Of a stretch of 64,000 bases of DNA, positions 20,222-28,613 are shown piece by piece. The stretch comes from Candidatus Bathyarchaeota archaeon (GTDB lineage: Archaea > Thermoproteota > Bathyarchaeia > TCS64). The notes under the pieces are model-generated. The model ran no database searches. It was given only the letters and a program-made list of their open reading frames with translations, and was not told the DNA's origin. Every line of letters starts with the position of its first letter. Positions within the stretch are counted from its first letter, which is position 1. Location of the stretch: positions 32,001 to 96,000 of the forward strand of contig JBDRQD010000015.1 in the NCBI GenBank assembly GCA_043826455.1. Direction: 5' to 3'. Made by a program: the position numbers and the translations under genes.

Positions 20222-20698
20222 TTACTTTACTACTAGGACAGGTATCTTAGACTCGTTTACAACCTGGTGGCTCACGCTTCCCAACACGAGCTCCGCTAAG
20301 CCGCCCAGACCTCGGCTACCAATGACGACTAAATCATATTTCCCTTCCTCTGCCTCAGAAACAATGCTTTTCCCAGGTCTCCCTAACAGGAGCTTGGTGG
20401 TGATCTTCAGTTTGGGGTACATAGTCTCTGCGTTTTTCAATGCTTGACTCAGCATTTTTTCGTCGTTTTCTCTAACCTTGGCCATGTACTCGTTTATCCA
20501 TTCCGGAGGGGACAACGATTCCTCCTGCATGGGGCCCACATCTGACTCAGATTTTGTGGGCATGATTTCTTCCGAGAAACTTGTGACGTGTAGTATCTCA
20601 AGCTCAGACTTGTGTATCTTTGCTAGCTCCAGAGCTGTTTTCAATGCGCGGTGAGCGTGCTTTGAGCCATCTATGGGTACCAATATTTTGTTAAACAT
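20222..20698 (-). CDS. Universal stress protein (UspA family)
   Basis: KILVPIDGS, DLVVIGSRGLGGL.ELVLGSVS, PVLVVK. Confidence 0.93.
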   Translation of the reverse strand: MFNKILVPIDGSKHAHRALKTALELAKIHKSELEILHVTSFSEEIMPTKSESDVGPMQEESLSPPEWINEYMAKVRENDEKMLSQALKNAETMYPKLKITTKLLLGRPGKSIVSEAEEGKYDLVVIGSRGLGGLAELVLGSVSHQVVNESKIPVLVVK

Positions 20699-20933
20699 TA
20701 TAATCGATAATTTGTTTGGGTTTCAATTATTTAAGCTCAGACACATTTCCAGAATTTTTATTCCATGTAACAATACTTTCTTGATCATTAACAGGCCTGC
20801 GCCTGTTCAGAGGTTTAATTCCTCAACGTGGAAACCGGAAAAAGAACACAATGGGCTACAACCATACCCCTCTTAAGGTGCTGTCCCCGATCATTTATTA
20901 CCTGAAAGAGGCTCCTTGGCTTCAGGTATTGCC

Positions 20934-22100
20934 ATGGATGCTTCGCATATCGACGAGAAAGCCCTGGTGGAGCTTCTCAAGAACCTTATACGGATCGACT
21001 CCGTGAACCCTTCCCTGGTCCCAGGGGCCGCAGGGGAAGCCGAGATCACCGGCTACATAGGCGACTGGATGGAGGCCCTGGGCCTGGAGACCCGCCTCTA
21101 TGATGTGGAGCCGGGCCGCCCCAACGTGGTGGGCGTCCTCAAAGGAGCAGGAGGAGGCAGGAACCTCATACTCAACGGTCACACGGACACCGTGGGCGTT
21201 GACTACTACGAGGGCGACCCCTTCAACCCCATGGTCAGGGACGGCCGCCTCTACGGCAGAGGCTCCATCGACATGAAAGGGGGCCTGGCCGCTAGCATGG
21301 CCGCCGTGAAGGCTCTGATAGACTCAGGGGCTGAGCTCAGGGGCGACGTGGTGCTGGCGGCTGTTTGCGACGAGGAGTACGCCAGCATAGGCACCGAGGC
21401 CCTAGTGAAGGAGTACACCGCGGACGCGGCCATCGTGGGCGAGCCCACAGGCGGCCACGTGCTGGTAGCCCACAAGGGCTTCGCCTGGGTGGACGTGGTG
21501 ACCCGCGGCGTGGCTGCCCACGGAAGCTCCTTCAAGGTGGGGGTGGACGCCATAGCCAAGATGGGCCAGGTCCTCATCGGCCTGGAGGCCCTGGGGCAGC
21601 TCCTACTGGAGGAGACTCACCCCCTGGTGGGGCCGGGCAGCGTCCACGCCAGCATCATCGAGGGCGGAAACGAGCTCAGCACCTATCCCGCCTCGTGCAG
21701 GCTGCGGCTGGAGAGGCGCCTCATCCCGGGGGAGACCCGGGACACCGTGGAGAAAGAGATGAAGGACATGCTCCAGTCCATCGGTGAGGGGGACACCAGG
21801 TTCAGGGCCGACCATCGGGTGACCTTCTACAGGGACCCCATGGAGGTGAGCCCAGAAGAGCCCATATGCAGGGCTCTGGTCGAGGGCTCAGCCAAGACTC
21901 TGGGCTTCAAGCCCCTGTTCATCGGCGGCTCGGGTTGGCTAGACACCCAGATAATGACTGAGAAGGGCGTGCCGTCTGTCAGCTACGGGCCCACAGGCTA
22001 TGGGGCCCACGCCAAGGAGGAGTGGGTGGACCTGAAGTCGGTGCTGGACGCGGCCAAGGTGCAGGAGTACGCCGTCAAGGCCTTCTGCGGCCTAGTCTAG
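20934..22100 (+). CDS. M20 family deacylase (ArgE/DapE-like)
   Basis: NGHTDTV, GRGSIDMKGG, DEE, GEPT, AHG, AHAKEE. Confidence 0.92.
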   Translation: MDASHIDEKALVELLKNLIRIDSVNPSLVPGAAGEAEITGYIGDWMEALGLETRLYDVEPGRPNVVGVLKGAGGGRNLILNGHTDTVGVDYYEGDPFNPMVRDGRLYGRGSIDMKGGLAASMAAVKALIDSGAELRGDVVLAAVCDEEYASIGTEALVKEYTADAAIVGEPTGGHVLVAHKGFAWVDVVTRGVAAHGSSFKVGVDAIAKMGQVLIGLEALGQLLLEETHPLVGPGSVHASIIEGGNELSTYPASCRLRLERRLIPGETRDTVEKEMKDMLQSIGEGDTRFRADHRVTFYRDPMEVSPEEPICRALVEGSAKTLGFKPLFIGGSGWLDTQIMTEKGVPSVSYGPTGYGAHAKEEWVDLKSVLDAAKVQEYAVKAFCGLV

Positions 22101-22586
22101 GTCGGCCAGCCACGCCGTCCTCCTCTCCGCGTCCAGGAAGGCTATGGTGCTCCTGCCGGTCACGTAACCGCAGGCCTCACCCGGGTTCACCACCAGAGTC
22201 CCCCCTTCCTCCGCCACACTGGCCCTGTGGGTGTGACCCCTAACGATGACATGGTATCCGCCCCGGTACGCCTTGTCCACGTCCTCCTTCCTGTGGCCGT
22301 GGATGAGGGCCACTCGGAGACAGTCAACCTCCACCTCGGCGAAGAAGCCCCTGATCTCCGCGCCGAACTCGCCGTAGGCCTTCTTGAGGTTGTCCCGCTC
22401 GGCGCAGTTGTTGCCGTAGACGCCTATGAGGGGGGCCTCCAGGGGCTGGAAGTGGCGGGCCGTGAACATGGCTATGTAGTCGCCTCCGTGCAGCACGAGC
22501 CCGACGCCCTCCTCGTTGAACCTCCTGACGGCCTTGTCTATGGCGTATATGTTGTCGTGGGTGTCCGAGACGAGCCCGATGATCAT
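22092..22586 (-). CDS. Metallophosphoesterase (YfcE/MJ0936 family)
   Basis: SDTHDN, HGGD, GNN, HG, GHTH, NPGE motifs. Confidence 0.9.
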   Translation of the reverse strand: MIIGLVSDTHDNIYAIDKAVRRFNEEGVGLVLHGGDYIAMFTARHFQPLEAPLIGVYGNNCAERDNLKKAYGEFGAEIRGFFAEVEVDCLRVALIHGHRKEDVDKAYRGGYHVIVRGHTHRASVAEEGGTLVVNPGEACGYVTGRSTIAFLDAERRTAWLADLD

Positions 22587-24022
22587 TCCCTGTCACTCCC
22601 CGTGATCTCCGTGAAGCGCTGATAAGGCTCGTCCCAGGCCTCGGGGCCCAGGGGCATGTAGACGCCCGTGACCATGCTCTCAGCGATTATCCTCCTCGCC
22701 TCCCAGATGTCCTTCACCTCGCCGTGGGCCATGAACTGCACCACAGCGTTCCCCAGGGCCGCGGCCTCCACGGGCCCCGCTGTGACCCTGAGCCCAGTGG
22801 CGTCCGCCGTCATCTGGTTTAGAACCCTGTTCAGCGAGCCTCCTCCGATGACGTGAATGGCCCTGTACCCGGCTCCCGTCACCTCCTCCAGCTGCCTCAG
22901 GGTGCGCCTGTAGTTGAGGGCCAGGCTCTCGTAAACGCACCTGATGTGCTCCCCCACGGACATGGGCTTGGGCTGCCCCGTCTCCTGGCAGAACTCTATG
23001 ATCCTTGGCGTCATATCCCCAAGCCCTATGAACCTGGGGTCCCCTGGGTCTATGAGGCTAGTGAAGGCGGGGCTCTTCTCCGCGGCCTCGTATAGCTCAG
23101 AGTAGCTCGGCACGGAGCCCTTCATCCTCCACTCCCTGAGGAGCTCCTGCTCGAACCAGAGGCCCGGCAGGTTCTTCAGCAGCCTGAAGGTTCCCTCCGC
23201 GCCCCCCTCATTGGTGAAGTTGAGGCCGTATACCGCCTCGTCTATGTGGGGCCGGTCCACCTCGGTGCCCATGAGGCTCCAGGTGCCGCTGCTGATGTAG
23301 GCGAAGCTCCTGTCTCTGGAGGGAACCGCCGCCACCGCGCTCCCCGTGTCGTGGCACGCCGGGGCCACCACCGGCGTCCGGCCGCTGAAGCCCACCACCT
23401 TCCCCGGCTGGATGACCTCAGGGAATATGTGGTCCGGCAGCTTCACAGCCTCGATGATCTCCCTATCCCAGTCCCCCTTCACGGGGTTATAGATCTGGGT
23501 GGTGGTGGCGTGGGTGAACTCGGCCTTCTTCTCTCCTGTGAGCCAGTGGTTGAACAGGTCCGGGAGCCCCAGGTAGGTCTCCGCCCGCCTCAGAGCTTTC
23601 TCCCTGCGCCTCACCATGCTCGCCAGCTGGTACAGCGTGTTGAGCTCCAGGAACTGGACGCCTGTGCGCCTATATATCTCCCACCTGGGCATCCGCTTGA
23701 ACACCCAATCCATCATGCCCCTGGTCCTCTGGTCCCTGTAGTGGTACGGGTCCCCCAGGAGGTTCCCCTCACGGTCCAGGAGCCCGTAGTCCACGCCCCA
23801 CGTGTCCACCCCCACGCTGAGGGCCCCCTCACGGGCCCTGTCGATGCCTCTCACCGTCTCACGCCACAGCCGCTGAGCGTTCCACCTGAGTGAGCCCCCC
23901 CTCCTCAGGGGCTCGTTGCTGAACCTGTGGGCCTCCTCCAGGGTGAAGGCGTCCCCGTCGTAGGTGACCTTCATGGCCCTCCCGGAGGCGGCGCCCAGGT
24001 CCACGGCCACGACGTGGGACAC
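22583..24022 (-). CDS. Rhamnulokinase/fuculokinase-like FGGY sugar kinase
   Basis: DLGAASGR, DTWGVDY, YRD.RT, HDTGSA, SSGTWSL, TNEGG, GGGS. Confidence 0.9.
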   Translation of the reverse strand: MSHVVAVDLGAASGRAMKVTYDGDAFTLEEAHRFSNEPLRRGGSLRWNAQRLWRETVRGIDRAREGALSVGVDTWGVDYGLLDREGNLLGDPYHYRDQRTRGMMDWVFKRMPRWEIYRRTGVQFLELNTLYQLASMVRRREKALRRAETYLGLPDLFNHWLTGEKKAEFTHATTTQIYNPVKGDWDREIIEAVKLPDHIFPEVIQPGKVVGFSGRTPVVAPACHDTGSAVAAVPSRDRSFAYISSGTWSLMGTEVDRPHIDEAVYGLNFTNEGGAEGTFRLLKNLPGLWFEQELLREWRMKGSVPSYSELYEAAEKSPAFTSLIDPGDPRFIGLGDMTPRIIEFCQETGQPKPMSVGEHIRCVYESLALNYRRTLRQLEEVTGAGYRAIHVIGGGSLNRVLNQMTADATGLRVTAGPVEAAALGNAVVQFMAHGEVKDIWEARRIIAESMVTGVYMPLGPEAWDEPYQRFTEITGSDRE

Positions 24023-24025
24023 CTG

Positions 24026-25666
24026 CTACCCCACCTTCACGTCGCCGCAGATGTGAACCTTAATCCCGAGGGCGTGGAACATGGCCGCCTTGGCCGCCAG
24101 GGCCCTGTCCGCGGTCTCCGCGTCCGGCGCGTAAACCACCTGCACGTGGTTGGCCTTGTGCCGGGCCATGAACTGGTCCCTGGTGATCCCGTGGAGCACC
24201 GCGCTCATGATAGGCCACTGGGGCGTGGTGAGGTCCCACCTCCGCCTGGTCTCCTCGGGGGGCAGGTCAACCACGGTTCCCCTGCCCGCGTCCAGGTGGA
24301 GGCCGTCCGGCAGCACGTAGACGCGGCTCCAAACGATCTCGCCGGGCCTGCTCTCCCCCTTCAGGGTGCCGCCGCCCAGGGGGAAGTACATGGGGGGCTG
24401 GCGCTCGCTGCTGGCCCCCCTGTATCCGCCCTTGAAGTGGCTGGGAGGCGCCGAGCCGCTGATGAGGAACACCCACACGTACTGGCCGCCGTACCAGTCC
24501 CCCCACCTGACGTCGTGGAGGGTGGTGGCCGGGTCCAAGCCCATGGCCCTCCAGACCCTGTTGGTTACCAGGCCGTCCAGGCCGGCGCCCTCATCCACCT
24601 CGTTGAAGTGAGGCAGAGCCTCCCCCTTGTACAGCTCCTCACCCGTCTCCGCGTGGTAGACGGGGGGCCTGTCCACGTTGTTGAGAAGCCCCTCCGCCAG
24701 GTCGCTGGCCGGAGCCATGTCCTTCAGCCCCTGCTGGTACTGGATGCCTATGGTGGCGCACCCGAACTCGTGGGCCATCCTGACGGCCGCGATATACATC
24801 TTGAGCTGCTCAAGGACCTGGGCGTCTGTGAGCTCCGTCGCCGGGTCCCTCCCCGTGACGAAGTTCAGCCCCTTGACGTCCAGCCAGTACCTGGCCTTCG
24901 CGGCCTCGGCGTCCGTCACCGTTTTCATGGCCGCCACAAGGGCCGACTGGCTGAGTCTCTCCTTGTAGACCCCCAGGGGGTTCAGGAGCTCGTCCTCGAT
25001 GATGGCGTTGTACATCCCCATGCACCCCTCGTCGAAGACCCCCATCACAGCCTTCTCGCGCCTCAGCTGCTCGGCCAGGGCCTCCCCCAGCCTGCGCTCC
25101 TCCCTGGGCAGCTTTCCCGCCCTCAGGTTCCGGACGTGGCTCGTGTCGTGGGTGATCCTGCCCTCCCTGAGCCACTGCCTGATGCCATCCAGGAAGAACG
25201 GGTCGTCGAAGCCCTCGCTCCAGATGGTGCTATAAGGTTTACCCATCTTGGCCAGGCACGCGTTCAGGTTCAGCATGCCCACCAGGCCGGGCCACTGGCC
25301 GCTCCAGTTAGCCAGCGTCAGAATAGGTCCCTCGTGGTCCCGGAGCCCCGCGAGGACGTGGTGGCTGTACTGCCACACGGCCTCAGCGACTATGACCCGC
25401 GCATCCCTGGGTATAGTCTTGAAGACGTCCATCCCCATCCTCTGGCTCCAGATGAAACCGTGGCCCAGCTCAGGGTCGTAGGGGTGGCCCCTGAGGACGT
25501 GGACACCCTCGGCCTGGAAGGCGGCCCTCACCTTCTCCTCCATCTCCGCCTGGGCGGGCCAGCCCATCCTGTTGGCGCTGAGCCGGAGGTCCCCGCTGGC
25601 CACCAGCACCGCCTCGTTGGGGGCCAGGGGCTCAGGCACCTTGATCTCGGGCACAGAATACTTCAT
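24026..25666 (-). CDS. L-fucose/D-arabinose isomerase-like protein
   Basis: DEGCMGM, GIQYQQGL, FNEVD motifs; adjacent to FGGY kinase; exact substrate not determinable. Confidence 0.7.
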   Translation of the reverse strand: MKYSVPEIKVPEPLAPNEAVLVASGDLRLSANRMGWPAQAEMEEKVRAAFQAEGVHVLRGHPYDPELGHGFIWSQRMGMDVFKTIPRDARVIVAEAVWQYSHHVLAGLRDHEGPILTLANWSGQWPGLVGMLNLNACLAKMGKPYSTIWSEGFDDPFFLDGIRQWLREGRITHDTSHVRNLRAGKLPREERRLGEALAEQLRREKAVMGVFDEGCMGMYNAIIEDELLNPLGVYKERLSQSALVAAMKTVTDAEAAKARYWLDVKGLNFVTGRDPATELTDAQVLEQLKMYIAAVRMAHEFGCATIGIQYQQGLKDMAPASDLAEGLLNNVDRPPVYHAETGEELYKGEALPHFNEVDEGAGLDGLVTNRVWRAMGLDPATTLHDVRWGDWYGGQYVWVFLISGSAPPSHFKGGYRGASSERQPPMYFPLGGGTLKGESRPGEIVWSRVYVLPDGLHLDAGRGTVVDLPPEETRRRWDLTTPQWPIMSAVLHGITRDQFMARHKANHVQVVYAPDAETADRALAAKAAMFHALGIKVHICGDVKVG

Positions 25667-25698
25667 GGGTGAAGATGGGCGGCTGGGGGTGATAAAAC

Positions 25699-27135
25699 TT
25701 AGTCTCCGTGGTCCCACCTGGAGAGGATGTCCCGTATGCTGAGGATGTCCAGGGTGGTGGTCTTGCCCGGCTCGATGAGGGTGGACCCGGAGACCACGGC
25801 TACGACATCCCTGTCATAGACGTAGCCCAGCTCCAGGCTCCTGTGGACGGCCCCCACGATGAGCTCGTCCCTGTTATCCGTCCAGGGCACGTCCAGGGGC
25901 TCCACCCCCCAGTACATGTGGAGCCTGCGGCCTATCCTGGGCTCCCGGGTCACGGCCAGTATCTTGGTCTTGGGCCTGTACTTGCTCACCATCAGGGCGC
26001 TGAACCCGCTCCTGGTGACCACGATGATGGCGGCGGGCTCCACGGCGTCCACGGAGCGGGCCGCTAGCTCTCCCACCACGTCCGCGACGGGCAGCGCCTT
26101 GAGGGGCGGCCTGTCCCGCTGGGTGATCTGCTCCTGCACCACCCAGCTTATGTTGTTCATGACGCGCACAGTCTCCACGGGGTACCTGCCCACGGCGGTC
26201 TCTCCGCTGAGCATCACCGCGTCGGCGCCGTCCAGGAGGGCGTTGGCCACGTCGCTGGCCTCGGCCCTGGTGGGCCTGGGGTTGCCAACCATGGACTCCA
26301 GCATCTGGGTGGCCACTATGACGGGCTTGCCCAGCCTGTTACACGCCGATATGATCTTCTTCTGGAGCAGAGGCACGTCCCAGGGAGGAATCTCTATTCC
26401 CAGGTCTCCTCTGGCCACCATGACGCCGTCGCTGGCCTCAATGATCTCGTTGATGTTCCCCACGGCGTCCCCGTGCTCTATCTTGCTGATGATGGGCTGG
26501 TCGCCCCCCGCGCGCACGATCTCGGCCCTCACGTCCTCCACGTCCCTTGCGGACCTGATGAAGCTTGCAGCGAACCAGTCGCAGTCCATCTCGACGCCGA
26601 ACCTGATGCCTTTTATGTCCTTCTCCGTGGGCGGCTTCAGGGTGTGCCTGGCGCCGGGCGCGTTCAGCCCCTTCCGGCTGGAGACCTCCCCACCGGACAC
26701 CACCCTGCCGGTGAAGCCCTTCAGGTCCTCATCCAAGCCGGTGATCTCCAGGTCTATGATGCCGTCGTTGATGAACAGGTGCCCCCCTACGGCCACCTCC
26801 GCCGGGAGCCGCCCGTAGCTTATGCTCATCTCCCGCCTGTTCCCGGCCACCTGCTCCGTGGTGAAGTGGACCACGTCGCCCTCCTCCAGCAGGTATGAAC
26901 CGTCCAACTCCCCCAGTCTGATCTTGGGGCCTGGCAGGTCCACCAGGATGCTGGTGCCCCCGATCTTCCTAAGGGCCACGAAGACGGCTCGGTGCTCCTC
27001 CGGCTCCCCGTGGCTCATGTTGATCCTCGCCACGTCCATGCCTGAGGCCACCATGGCCCGGAGGGTCCCGGGGCTCCTGCTGGCTGGCCCTATGGTGCAG
27101 ACGATCTTGGACCTGGTGAACTGGGGCAGACTCAT
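25699..27135 (-). CDS. pyk: Pyruvate kinase
   Basis: KIVCTIGPAS, RINMSHG, DLPGPKIR, SKIE, MVARGDLG, ATQMLESM, PTRAE, MLSGETA. Confidence 0.96.
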   Translation of the reverse strand: MSLPQFTRSKIVCTIGPASRSPGTLRAMVASGMDVARINMSHGEPEEHRAVFVALRKIGGTSILVDLPGPKIRLGELDGSYLLEEGDVVHFTTEQVAGNRREMSISYGRLPAEVAVGGHLFINDGIIDLEITGLDEDLKGFTGRVVSGGEVSSRKGLNAPGARHTLKPPTEKDIKGIRFGVEMDCDWFAASFIRSARDVEDVRAEIVRAGGDQPIISKIEHGDAVGNINEIIEASDGVMVARGDLGIEIPPWDVPLLQKKIISACNRLGKPVIVATQMLESMVGNPRPTRAEASDVANALLDGADAVMLSGETAVGRYPVETVRVMNNISWVVQEQITQRDRPPLKALPVADVVGELAARSVDAVEPAAIIVVTRSGFSALMVSKYRPKTKILAVTREPRIGRRLHMYWGVEPLDVPWTDNRDELIVGAVHRSLELGYVYDRDVVAVVSGSTLIEPGKTTTLDILSIRDILSRWDHGD

Positions 27136-27175
27136 GGCTCTCAAGTAGGCTGAGGCCCCGGAAATTAAAAGGTAC

Positions 27176-28006
27176 ATGGAGCCCAAGCCTCAAAAGCTGG
27201 CAGACCACTCCTCCAACATGACTGACATGAGATGCGTGGCCCCCACTGTGTCACGGGCTCTGGGGGTGAGGCCGCCCTCCTCCTCGGAGAAGGGGCCTCA
27301 CCGTGATGTGGTCGGGACGCTGGAGGCCACCGGCAGGCTGGTGGTGGTCGTCGTGGACGCCTTCGGCTTATCCACCTGGCGGGTGGTCAAGGGGCGCACA
27401 CCCTGCTTCAACTCCCTTCACGCGGTCCACGGCGCCGCTATCGATTCCGTGATGCCCACCATCACGCCCGTCAACTTCGCCACCATGCTCACGGGGGCCT
27501 CCCCGGCGAGCCACGGCATCACCAACAGGGAGCAGCCCCTGGAACTGGAGACGGTCTTCCACGTGCTCAGAGGCGAGGGCATGGCCTCAGCCACCGCCGC
27601 CAGGGCCCTGAGCAGCCTAGGCATACTCATATCGCCCCACGCCGACAGGCCGGGGATCGCCTCGTCAAACACAGACGACGAGGTGACCAGGATCGCCCTC
27701 AAGGCTCTGGAAGACGAAGCCAGCCTCCTCTGGGTGCAGCTCCTGGACGTGGACGACGCCGGCCACGCCTATGGCCCCCACAGCAGGGAGGGGCACGAAG
27801 CGGCCTCAAGGGCTGACTCAAACCTGAGAAAGATACTTGGTTCAGCCCACCGGGGAGGCTACTCGGCCATCGTCCTCGCTGACCACGGGCAGCACACAGT
27901 CGAGAAAGATGGCAGGGTTCAGGGAACCCACGGCACAGACGCGCCGGAGGATGTTTTAGTGCCCCTAGTGTGGGCCAACAACGATGAGCTAGGAGGCATA
28001 GGGTAG
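27176..28006 (+). CDS. Alkaline phosphatase superfamily (nucleotide pyrophosphatase/phosphodiesterase-like); start possibly 27218
   Basis: VDAFG, PTIT nucleophile, DDAGH, ADHG, THG. Confidence 0.82.
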   Translation: MEPKPQKLADHSSNMTDMRCVAPTVSRALGVRPPSSSEKGPHRDVVGTLEATGRLVVVVVDAFGLSTWRVVKGRTPCFNSLHAVHGAAIDSVMPTITPVNFATMLTGASPASHGITNREQPLELETVFHVLRGEGMASATAARALSSLGILISPHADRPGIASSNTDDEVTRIALKALEDEASLLWVQLLDVDDAGHAYGPHSREGHEAASRADSNLRKILGSAHRGGYSAIVLADHGQHTVEKDGRVQGTHGTDAPEDVLVPLVWANNDELGGIG

Positions 28007-28011
28007 CGGCG

Positions 28012-28566
28012 TTGAACCGGAGAGCGCTCATCATCCACGGCCCCATAGGGGGAGGCAAGACGGCCCGCGCCCTCGAGCTGGCTGAGAGAGCAGGGGAGAA
28101 GGGCCTCCACGTGATGGGCGTGACGAGCCTTAGGGTTGTGGAGGAAGGCGAGACGGTGGCTTATGATGGCCTCGACCTAGCCTCTGGGGCCCGGTTCCCC
28201 CTGGTGCTTCTCGGGGACAGGGCCGGCTCCTCTGACTGGGTGAAGCTGGGGCCCTGGAAGTACACATTCAGCGAGCAGGGTTTCAGCCGCGCCAACCGGC
28301 TGCTGGCCGAGGCTGCCTCCAAGATGAGTGAACGCAGCCTCGTCGTTGTGGACGAGTACGGCCACATCGAGAAGCTGGGATGCGGCCTGTACCCGGGCCT
28401 GGTGAAGGTCGTGGAGGCTCTAGGCAGGGGGGGACGGCTGGCGGTTACTTGCCGAACGGACAAGGTGGACCCGCTGCTACGTCTCCTCTCACCATGTGAA
28501 CGAGTCCTGGTGTTGGAGGCCGATGGACGAGACTTCTGGGCCGCCCTGGGAGATTCTTTTATTTAA
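28012..28566 (+). CDS. P-loop NTPase (THEP1/DUF2478-like)
   Basis: Walker A GPIGGGKT; Walker B VVVDEYG.IE. Confidence 0.8.
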   Translation: MNRRALIIHGPIGGGKTARALELAERAGEKGLHVMGVTSLRVVEEGETVAYDGLDLASGARFPLVLLGDRAGSSDWVKLGPWKYTFSEQGFSRANRLLAEAASKMSERSLVVVDEYGHIEKLGCGLYPGLVKVVEALGRGGRLAVTCRTDKVDPLLRLLSPCERVLVLEADGRDFWAALGDSFI

Positions 28567-28613
28567 AACCTAGAACCTAGAATAGCTCAACACCGTCACA
28601 GGATGATCCCCCA

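Larger units (their letters stand above)
17230..20880. other. AT-rich genomic island (boundaries approximate)
   Basis: Visible drop in GC and loss of the G/C-ending codon bias between the TPP gene and the M20 gene; short genes with long AT-rich spacers. Confidence 0.6.

Noticed and set aside
17230..20880. Provirus, IS or integrative element
   Set aside because: No integrase, transposase, capsid gene, tRNA target or flanking direct repeat found by eye.
23927..25672. 581-aa + strand ORF
   Set aside because: Antisense shadow of the isomerase gene caused by GC-rich codon bias; no motifs.
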